From: a virus
Lineage: Duplodnaviria; Caudoviricetes
DNA: 24,846 nt
Strand: one strand, 5' to 3'
IMG/VR virus record: IMGVR_UViG_3300049208_000023
Location: 1 to 24,846 of that record
The translations under genes and the position numbers were made by a program. Positions 8,204 to 14,327 of this stretch are shown here, piece after piece (the first letter of the stretch is position 1; each line of letters opens with the position of its first letter). The notes below the pieces were generated by a model that worked only from the letters and a program-made list of their open reading frames with translations, was not told where the DNA came from and did no database searches.

Positions 8204-8232
8204 AATCTACGCCACTGCGCGCGCCATTGCAA
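8204..8232 (-). promoter_or_regulatory. Sigma70-type promoter
   Basis: Minus strand reads TTGCAA-17 nt-TAGATT in the intergenic gap. It overlaps GCCATTGC (8223-8230) and GCCACTGC (8211-8218). Confidence 0.65.
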
Positions 8233-8239
8233 CAGCCGA

Positions 8240-9190
8240 TTATGATTTAGCGATTAAACCGCCAATCTCAAGCGGAGCATGCACGACAGGAATGCCTCGA
8301 CCAATCGAAGGGCGCGCAAGATTCGGGTGTTTGCGCATCCAGTCTTGGACGAACCAAAGTTGGCCGCAGCCGCCACCAATATCGTCCTGGCCAGCAGGAT
8401 CAAAGCAGCGAGTCGAATAGCCGAGCATCATCAGCTTTCCCATAAAATCAGATGCTAGCTGGCGCTGGCGAACGTTAGCAGCGGCTACCGATTCATCGCG
8501 CTCGCAAACAACGCTAATGGTTGCCTGCCATACCTTCGGATCAAACAGCTCATAGATACGCTGCGCGTCTTCTTGGCTGGTGTTGCCTTCATGCGCGCAG
8601 TAGTTAAAGAAAGGCTGGCGACCTGTTGCGGAATACCACGCCTCGCCTTCAATGCTGATCTGGTAAAGGTCTAGCTTTGCCTTGAATGGGATCAGTGCAT
8701 CACGCGCAGCATCGGTGCTTTCGTGGACGCTGAATTGCAGGCCGACAGTTGGCACGTCAACAGACAGCTGGCGCACGCGCTCATAGTCAACCTTTGGCGC
8801 TGACGTGCTGATCAGAAGAGAAAAGCGCGGATACATCGCGTACAGCCGGCGAATTGCATCAGATAAGCCTTTGAAGTTAAGCAGCGGTTCGCCCATGCTC
8901 ATAAACATAATCTGGCAGCGCTGCACTTTCTCGGGATCAATACCGCGATCAGCAAACAAATGCTGAACCTGTGCAACGATTTCATCACCAGTCAGCGAGC
9001 GCACAAACGCATCACCAGCACCGCAGAAGCGACAGCCGACCGGGCAACCGCTTTGGGTGCTGCAACAGATAACGGTGCGCTCTTCGTATGTCGGGTATTT
9101 GTAGAGCACGGCCTCAGCAACAGCGTTGCCAAAGTCAAAAACGTACTTGCTTACGTTTTCATCGGTTGAATCAATCCGTTTAACGTCCAT
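8240..9190 (-). CDS. RlmN/Cfr-like radical SAM RNA methyltransferase homologue
   Basis: 'TVICCSTQSGCPVGCRFC' (CxxxCxxC plus upstream Cys), 'FMSMGEPLLN', 'LQFSVH' and C-terminal 'DIGGGCGQL' match the RlmN motifs CVSSQVGC, MGMGEPL, SLH and DIDAACGQL. Confidence 0.9.
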   Translation of the reverse strand: MDVKRIDSTDENVSKYVFDFGNAVAEAVLYKYPTYEERTVICCSTQSGCPVGCRFCGAGDAFVRSLTGDEIVAQVQHLFADRGIDPEKVQRCQIMFMSMGEPLLNFKGLSDAIRRLYAMYPRFSLLISTSAPKVDYERVRQLSVDVPTVGLQFSVHESTDAARDALIPFKAKLDLYQISIEGEAWYSATGRQPFFNYCAHEGNTSQEDAQRIYELFDPKVWQATISVVCERDESVAAANVRQRQLASDFMGKLMMLGYSTRCFDPAGQDDIGGGCGQLWFVQDWMRKHPNLARPSIGRGIPVVHAPLEIGGLIAKS

Positions 9191-9214
9191 TTCAATTCTC
9201 TCTTTGGTTGTGGT

Positions 9215-9295
9215 TTATGGCTTGCAGCGCAAACACTTGCAGCTTGATACCGGGGCTAGCGTGCCACGGCAGTAAATCGGTACATCGGTTTTCAT
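9215..9295 (-). CDS. 26-aa Cys-rich micro-protein (not in ORF track)
   Basis: MKTDVPIYCRGTLAPVSSCKCLRCKP (C-x9-C-x-C-x2-C). It occupies the gap directly upstream of the radical SAM gene. The RBS is weak. Confidence 0.5.
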   Translation of the reverse strand: MKTDVPIYCRGTLAPVSSCKCLRCKP

Positions 9296-9313
9296 GGTAA
9301 ATATCTTTAGATG

Positions 9314-9335
9314 AAAAGCCCCAGCGGTCTGGGGC
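9314..9335 (-). terminator. Intrinsic terminator candidate
   Basis: Minus strand GCCCCAG-ACCG-CTGGGGC followed by TTTT, just after the stop at 9343. Confidence 0.6.
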
Positions 9336-9342
9336 GGGTTGG

Positions 9343-9531
9343 CTACTTCTCAAAGTAGCTTTCGGCCTTCTCACGAGTGCAGCGGCGCGAACCGTAATAA
9401 AAATTCAATCGCGGCCCGCGACGGGTTGGAAGATGTACGCAAACAATGTCGGCATATCGAGCTTCTGCATAACCGCTCTTAGAGAGTTCGGCATTATTTT
9501 TCGCCATCTGAATCAGCATCTGAATGGTCAC
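9343..9531 (-). CDS. Hypothetical protein
   Basis: 62 aa. GTG start after GAGGA. First gene after the promoter at 9571-9599. Confidence 0.65.
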   Translation of the reverse strand: MTIQMLIQMAKNNAELSKSGYAEARYADIVCVHLPTRRGPRLNFYYGSRRCTREKAESYFEK

Positions 9532-9570
9532 TGTCTTGTCCTCTGGTGTGTTGTTCGTTTCGATGGCTTC

Positions 9571-9604
9571 ACTCTAGCTAATCTTTCATAACGTGACAAG
9601 TCAC
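9571..9604 (-). promoter_or_regulatory. Sigma70-type promoter with palindromic operator candidate
   Basis: TTGTCA-17 nt-TAGAGT. The -35 lies inside the palindrome GTGAC-AA-GTCAC (9593-9604). Confidence 0.65.
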
Positions 9605-9810
9605 AAAACGTAGTTTTCGATCAAATACGTTAATGCCTCGCCCTTCCTCTGCTTCCCGGTAAATCCCTGGGCCTTGCAGATCGCCTCAAGCTTCTGCATC
9701 GTGCCGCCGTAGACGAGAAACTGAATGCGCCGCCCGCCTAGCTTGGCTATAGCTGCATTTTCCCTATCGCGCTGGTCTTGCTTGCGCTCGCGCGCTGATT
9801 TAGCTGGCAT
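9601..9810 (-). CDS. Small basic DNA-binding protein (ribbon-helix-helix-like)
   Basis: MPAKSARERKQDQRDR...RRIQFLV...KLEAICK...ALTYLI: basic helix, then beta strand, then two helices. GGAG RBS. Confidence 0.6.
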   Translation of the reverse strand: MPAKSARERKQDQRDRENAAIAKLGGRRIQFLVYGGTMQKLEAICKAQGFTGKQRKGEALTYLIENYVL

Positions 9811-10165
9811 CTTTCTTCTCCGCGAATTCCACTGCATCCTTGCGCTCAGCCATACCAAGCAATGCGCGCAATGCGTAGACGCTTTCAAAACGATCTTCGC
9901 TTAGATATTCGATAAGCTCAGCACGCAAACCGCCGAACTCTATTCCTTCGTCGTGGTTAAGGCCGAAAGGCCCGGCGCGCAGCTCGTTATCAAGCCAGTT
10001 GCGAACCTCATAGCAAGCATTGCAGGTTTTGTAGGCATAACCGCTGCCATCGTATGCGCCGGCCTGACGGTGATAGCTCTGCCCCTTGGAAATCTGCCCA
10101 CGGCATTCACAGCACTTGTGAGTCTTGTTAGCGGTGACAACGTAGTCGCTTTGAAAGTCGCCCAT
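9800..10165 (-). CDS. Zinc-binding phage protein
   Basis: 'ANKTHKCCECRGQISKGQSY...YKTCNAC' (CxxC...CxxC). Start MGDFQ follows GGAG. Confidence 0.75.
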   Translation of the reverse strand: MGDFQSDYVVTANKTHKCCECRGQISKGQSYHRQAGAYDGSGYAYKTCNACYEVRNWLDNELRAGPFGLNHDEGIEFGGLRAELIEYLSEDRFESVYALRALLGMAERKDAVEFAEKKDAS

Positions 10166-10166
10166 T

Positions 10167-10568
10167 TCAATTCTCCGTTTCTTGATTTCTACTGCGCGGC
10201 AGTTTGTGATTCCAGATCGCATTTGCAATGTAGCGCCGGCTCAGCCCTAACGCAGGGCCAATCTTTTCATAGATGGCATCGATACTGATCCCGGTAATAG
10301 CCAGCTCAGCAATAGCCGCCAAGCGCTTTTGCTTTTCCAGTATGTTCGCCCGCTGCTTTCTCTCGGCTGCCGTCTTGCGCGGTTTGCGCACAGGCTCTTT
10401 GAATGCGGGCTTGCCCGGTACATTGATGAAAAATGTCTGCTTAGGCCGATCACCCACGTAAATCGGCAGCGTCGCTACAGGCCCGTTAGCAGCTTCAAAC
10501 GCTGCCATAGCCTCAGCAATATCAGTCCGCTGCTGGTCTTTTGCCTCGATTGTGTTGATGGTTAACAT
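10167..10568 (-). CDS. Phage hypothetical protein with possible C-terminal HTH
   Basis: 133 aa. 'IAEAMAAFEAANGPV' N-terminal module, basic linker, then HTH-like 'GISIDAIYEKIGPALGLSRRYI'. Confidence 0.7.
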   Translation of the reverse strand: MLTINTIEAKDQQRTDIAEAMAAFEAANGPVATLPIYVGDRPKQTFFINVPGKPAFKEPVRKPRKTAAERKQRANILEKQKRLAAIAELAITGISIDAIYEKIGPALGLSRRYIANAIWNHKLPRSRNQETEN

Positions 10569-10609
10569 TTCATGGTTCCTTTAGGTGGCGCGTCCGTGCG
10601 CCTTTGGTC

Positions 10610-11077
10610 TTAGTCGTATTCGCTGTTGACTGATTCGGCCATGGGCAAAAACACTTCGTCTCCAACAAAAGCCCGAAGCCTACCAATTAGCTCTCTCTGC
10701 TTTTTATCGTTTCTATCCGCCTTTAGTTTCTCTATTTCTATCCTGGCCTCCCTGGCAATCTGGGCTGCCTTCTCATTCGCCTTTGCCGCCTCTAGCTTAA
10801 GTTCGGCAGCACGAAGCATATCGTCACGTTGCTCTTGCCTGATCTTCTGTTTTTCAGTGAGCGGCGCTTGCTTTGGGAATCGGATCGCAAGAAGGTCGGT
10901 TAACTCTTTCAGCTCATTCTTTGCATGGTGAAGACGCTGATAGTCTCGGGTAACTACGCCGGCAGGAATGTCAAAACCAAGGGCATATTTTGCAGGACGC
11001 GAATCAATGATTGCCTGAGCGTCAAGCACAGACTCTTTTGCAGTCGCAATCTTCTGCTGTAACTCTTCCAATTTCAT
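10610..11077 (-). CDS. Coiled-coil hypothetical protein
   Basis: Start MKLEELQQK follows GGAG. Lys/Glu/Ala-rich helices. Confidence 0.7.
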   Translation of the reverse strand: MKLEELQQKIATAKESVLDAQAIIDSRPAKYALGFDIPAGVVTRDYQRLHHAKNELKELTDLLAIRFPKQAPLTEKQKIRQEQRDDMLRAAELKLEAAKANEKAAQIAREARIEIEKLKADRNDKKQRELIGRLRAFVGDEVFLPMAESVNSEYD

Positions 11078-11113
11078 TTTGTGGCTCCAATGTTTAGGGC
11101 GCATGCGGCCCTT

Positions 11114-11458
11114 TTAACTTCTCTTACGCAAGTATCGCTTAACCGCCGACACATACTTACGCCCGCACGGTAAAGGCTCAGGAAGGCCCGCAACGAACGC
11201 GAAGCCTTCCATTCTATCCGTGCGACTCTTAACGCCCAGCAGCGCGTCACGCGACACTAGGGCGGCCCGGTTAAGCTGAATGAATCTATCGCCCAGCTCA
11301 ACAGCCAAAGTGCGCAGGCTATCCACAATAAGCAGCTCGCGCCCGTCGCGATGGTGGCAGACCGTGTACTTGTGCGAGCTTTCAAAGCGCACAACGTCAG
11401 CGACTTGCCAGACGATTGGTTTGCCTAGGTGCAGGGCTTTGACAGTGGTGCGGATCAT
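11114..11458 (-). CDS. Stand-alone LytTR DNA-binding domain protein
   Basis: 'VADVVRFESSHKYT...SLRTL...FIQLNRAALVS...LPCGRKY' matches the LytTR pattern (FxRxHRSxxVN, VSRxY). Confidence 0.85.
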   Translation of the reverse strand: MIRTTVKALHLGKPIVWQVADVVRFESSHKYTVCHHRDGRELLIVDSLRTLAVELGDRFIQLNRAALVSRDALLGVKSRTDRMEGFAFVAGLPEPLPCGRKYVSAVKRYLRKRS

Positions 11459-11467
11459 GGTTATCCC

Positions 11468-11971
11468 TCAGGAAATACGGAGAGAAGGCTTTGTCTCAAG
11501 CCGAGCCCCGGGGACTTCTTCGCCCGCATTTAGTGCCGCAGCAATATCAGTCTTGCTGACTGTGCGAGTCCACTTAACAAACGGGCTGTCATCTGGGAAA
11601 GATGATTCATCGTCGATCACAACGGATGGCCGGCCCTTACCAAGTTTTGCAGTGAATGTGCCGTCAAGCGACTTAATCTCACTGATGCCGCATTTTTCCA
11701 TGTTGTACTTTAGGTATTCACGCAGCCATTCCTCTCGCGCCTCTAGCGTCTTTCGCTTGGCTGCAACTCGCTTTTCGTGAGCCTTAAGCGCTTCGATCTC
11801 CGCCGAAAGATTAAGAGAATAAGCAGCTACCGCACGCCCCTTGTCGTTTAATCCGCCCTGCAACGCCTCCAGCGTATCGCGCACAACCTGCTCAGGAAGG
11901 TCAGGATCATCAAGCACTTCAAGCGCTTCAATGTATTCGTTTGCCAGTTCATAAAGCTTGATAGCAGTCAT
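11468..11971 (-). CDS. Siphovirus Gp157 family protein
   Basis: MTAIKLYELA...coiled coil...'KTDIAAALNAGEEVPGARLETKPSLRIS', the typical Gp157 C-terminus. GAGG RBS. Confidence 0.9.
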   Translation of the reverse strand: MTAIKLYELANEYIEALEVLDDPDLPEQVVRDTLEALQGGLNDKGRAVAAYSLNLSAEIEALKAHEKRVAAKRKTLEAREEWLREYLKYNMEKCGISEIKSLDGTFTAKLGKGRPSVVIDDESSFPDDSPFVKWTRTVSKTDIAAALNAGEEVPGARLETKPSLRIS

Positions 11972-11993
11972 TTCACACCTCTTTAAAGCCGGA

Positions 11994-12860
11994 TTACTCC
12001 GGCTGCTCAGCATCTGTTAACTGTGCCTTGCGGTTCTCATAGCGCAGCTTTGCCTTTTCCTGCAAATCAGTCTCGCCGCTCAGCTCGCGCCAGGCTACGC
12101 CAAACGCTGACTTTAGGTTTTCCAGGGTGTCGGCTTGGTCAATCACTGCGATAAGGTCAACAATCGCAGCTTCGGCACGCTCACGCGCACTAGCGCCGCA
12201 ATTCAACCAATCAAGCAGACGGCGGCCGGTATCTTCGGTAATCAGCTCAGGGTTAACAAACAGCTTGGTTCGGTCTTTGCTTGCTACCGCCATATGTCCG
12301 TCATGCGATACGTCAAGCACTACGGTAAATTCGTAGTCGGTGCCTTCTCGCTGCTCTGACTTTAGGCCAAGCTTTACGACCTTCTTGCCTTCGCCCTGTA
12401 CGGTTTCGGTCTTGCTGCGCATAGTGCAAATGATATGCAGCGGGCTTGTCAGCATCTTGTCGATCAGGCGGCGATGGCGTGGCGTTGTTTCATTCCATGC
12501 CGACCAAGTGTTGCCCTTGTATTTTGCCTTGGCTATTTCATCATTGATTTCCAAGCAGCCGCCCGCGCCAGTCCATTCGTGCGAATAGCTGTCGATAATC
12601 AGCACTTCGTAACCTGCCGCCTCTGCCGATGTGATCGCCTCAATAAAGCGCTCAGGGCTGTACGGGGGGTGCAGCTCCATTGTGTCGAACTCTGCAACAT
12701 CCGCATAAAGCGATGCGCTTCCGTGTTCAGTATCGATAACGGCAATCTTGTCTCCAAGACCTTTAGCCATCTGCAAAGCCGAATAGGTCTTACCGCTACC
12801 TGACGGGCCTGCAAGTGCTAGCCGTAGCCGTGCCTGCTTGCGTTCTGCCTTCTTAAACAT
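11994..12860 (-). CDS. AAA_24 / Sak4-like P-loop ATPase (phage recombinase)
   Basis: MFKKAERKQARLRLALAGPSGSGKT (Walker A), 'VIDTEHGS', 'LIIDSYSHEW' (Walker B) and 'DYEFT'. Adjacent to Gp157. Confidence 0.85.
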   Translation of the reverse strand: MFKKAERKQARLRLALAGPSGSGKTYSALQMAKGLGDKIAVIDTEHGSASLYADVAEFDTMELHPPYSPERFIEAITSAEAAGYEVLIIDSYSHEWTGAGGCLEINDEIAKAKYKGNTWSAWNETTPRHRRLIDKMLTSPLHIICTMRSKTETVQGEGKKVVKLGLKSEQREGTDYEFTVVLDVSHDGHMAVASKDRTKLFVNPELITEDTGRRLLDWLNCGASARERAEAAIVDLIAVIDQADTLENLKSAFGVAWRELSGETDLQEKAKLRYENRKAQLTDAEQPE

Positions 12861-12862
12861 GG

Positions 12863-13012
12863 TTATTGCTCCTGAGTATCCCATTGCCGCTGAATAGTCT
12901 CAGCAGCTTCGCTGTAAGCCTTCTTAGCGTCGCCATCGAATTGACTAGCGTTGAACTCACCTGTTTGTGCCCAGTCTAGCCATGCTTGGCGTTGAGCTTG
13001 TTCTTTGTTCAT
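12863..13012 (-). CDS. 49-aa hypothetical protein (not in ORF track)
   Basis: MNKEQAQRQAWLDWAQTGEFNASQFDGDAKKAYSEAAETIQRQWDTQEQ. GAGGTG RBS; stops 2 nt before the ATPase start. Confidence 0.75.
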   Translation of the reverse strand: MNKEQAQRQAWLDWAQTGEFNASQFDGDAKKAYSEAAETIQRQWDTQEQ

Positions 13013-13039
13013 TTCTCACCTCTGTATTTGTTTAAGGCA

Positions 13040-13458
13040 TAGCTTGCCCACTATCCCCAGCAAGAAGGACTCCAGCCTTCACGCCATGCAAGTAATGCAA
13101 ATATCACCAGAGGCGATATGGGTACACGTCGATCCCCATCAGGCGTTAACCTGAAACCCGTATCCATTTGGTCGCTGTCGTCTGCATTAGCAGCTTGCTG
13201 GGACTTGGTTGTCAGGGCGAGACAGGGCCAAGGTTTTGCATTCTGGAAAACTGGGTTTTGCTTTCGCCGCAGCAGGAAACCCTTAGTAAACGCTGATTCC
13301 AGACGCAAAAAAGCCGTACTGCGTTGGACTGGTTGAACCCTGACAAGATACGCCGAAGGGGAATCTACCCTCGTATCTGCCAGTCCAGACCAACGCACTA
13401 CGGCCTTTACTAGCGATTCGTTCTCGGGGTTAATGCATGCCGGGTTCAGCGGCAACGT
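13040..13458 (-). ncRNA. Large structured non-coding RNA / leader candidate (C4/CI-like 5' domain plus multi-helix 3' domain)
   Basis: At least nine complementary segment pairs are visible by eye (see findings). There is a dedicated promoter and no convincing protein-like ORF. Confidence 0.6.
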
Positions 13459-13459
13459 A

Positions 13460-13487
13460 ATCATATCAGCACCTATCGCAATTGCAA
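13460..13487 (-). promoter_or_regulatory. Sigma70-type promoter (extended -10)
   Basis: TTGCAA-16 nt-TATGAT with TGn directly before the -10. Overlaps the palindrome GCAATTGC (13478-13485). Confidence 0.6.
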
Positions 13488-13522
13488 GGTTAGGCACCAC
13501 GTCTAGCATGGTGCCGGCTTGT

Positions 13523-13804
13523 TTATTCTGCAAACTTTCGCCAAGCTGCCGGAGTAGCAAAGGTTTCCCCGGTGCGCTCAAGACAAGCGTAATCCCAAAG
13601 CTCCGGAGCTGTGGCTAGTCGATAGCCTGGAAGGTCGGAAAGCTCTTCGCGCTCAAAGCGGGCAATGCGTTCGCGCACGTCTTGGTCGCTAGGAATATTG
13701 CCAAACCCCATGCCGACTGTCGCAACACCAAAGCCGCTGCCGTTAGTGATGACGATTTTAATTTCAGCCTCAATCGGAAACTTTACCTTGTCTTCGCTAT
13801 TCAT
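13523..13804 (-). CDS. Hypothetical protein
   Basis: 93 aa with GGAGG RBS. Follows the ACP gene. Confidence 0.75.
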   Translation of the reverse strand: MNSEDKVKFPIEAEIKIVITNGSGFGVATVGMGFGNIPSDQDVRERIARFEREELSDLPGYRLATAPELWDYACLERTGETFATPAAWRKFAE

Positions 13805-13817
13805 TGCCTGCCTCCCG

Positions 13818-14054
13818 TTAAACCAATTTCACAACCAAATCAATCGCCTGCTGCACGGTTTTGACTTGCTCGGCGTCTGCGTCGCGGATGTCAATTTCAA
13901 AGACCTCCTCGCACTCCATCACCAGTTCAATAGCGTCCAAGCTATCCGAGCCCAGGTCGTCGAAAATATGATGCTCTGGCAGAACGGCTTGATCGTTAAT
14001 GCCAAGCTGGCGCGCGATGATGTTTGTTACCCTTGCTGCGATTGATTCGGACAT
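13818..14054 (-). CDS. acpP: Acyl carrier protein (AcpP-like)
   Basis: 78 aa, acidic. 'DDLGSDSLDAIELVMECEEVFEIDIRDADAEQVKTVQQAID' retains the DSLD phosphopantetheine serine. AAGGA RBS. Confidence 0.92.
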   Translation of the reverse strand: MSESIAARVTNIIARQLGINDQAVLPEHHIFDDLGSDSLDAIELVMECEEVFEIDIRDADAEQVKTVQQAIDLVVKLV

Positions 14055-14111
14055 TGCGTGATCCTTTGGTTATGCCGCCACTGTGGTGACGGCTTGGTGT
14101 TTATAGGTCAA

Positions 14112-14327
14112 TCAGCCGTCGCCGTAGCCGTAGCCGTCGCCGTCGCCGTCGCCGTAGCCGGAGCCGGAGCCGGAGCCGTCGCCGTCGCCGGAGCCGGAGC
14201 CGTCGCCGGAGCCGTCGCCGGAGCCGGAGCCGGAGCCGTCGCCGTATCCGGAGCCGTAGCCGTAGCCGTAGCCGGAGCCGTCGCCGGAGCCGTCGCCGTT
14301 AACTTCTTGTTTATTCAGCTTTGACAT
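14112..14327 (-). CDS. Gly-rich (G-D/S/Y)30 repeat peptide, 71 aa
   Basis: MSKLNKQEVN plus 30 Gly-X pairs plus G. The start overlaps the end of the upstream gene, with GAAGGTG upstream. Confidence 0.7.
   Translation of the reverse strand: MSKLNKQEVNGDGSGDGSGYGYGYGSGYGDGSGSGSGDGSGDGSGSGDGDGSGSGSGYGDGDGDGYGYGDG
14115..14297. repeat. Degenerate hexamer tandem array GGC(GAC/TCC/TAC) on the minus strand
   Basis: 30 hexamers: 11 GD, 12 GS, 7 GY. All Gly codons are GGC except one GGA. Confidence 0.95.

Noticed and set aside
8240-9190. Calling the radical SAM gene cfr (resistance gene) or bona fide rlmN
   Set aside because: Motifs establish the family only. C2 versus C8 specificity and substrate cannot be read from the sequence, and the N-terminal domain is shortened.
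9593-9604. GTGAC-AA-GTCAC as a MatP matS site
   Set aside because: matS has a 3-nt spacer (GTGACRNYGTCAC). This has 2 nt and is a single copy over a promoter.
13051-13581. 176-aa minus-strand ORF spanning the structured region
   Set aside because: It overlaps the upstream gene, crosses a predicted promoter and U-tract, has no clear RBS and shows no protein-like motifs. The nested helices explain the region better, though translation is not formally excluded.
14115-14297. Repeat array as CRISPR or DGR template
   Set aside because: The array consists of 6-bp units without unique spacers. No cas or reverse transcriptase gene and no TR/VR pair are present in the window.
14058-14324. Plus-strand (Ala-Val/Ala-Gly)n ORF
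   Set aside because: It is the antisense shadow of the Gly-X hexamer array, lies against the direction of all neighbours and has no RBS.
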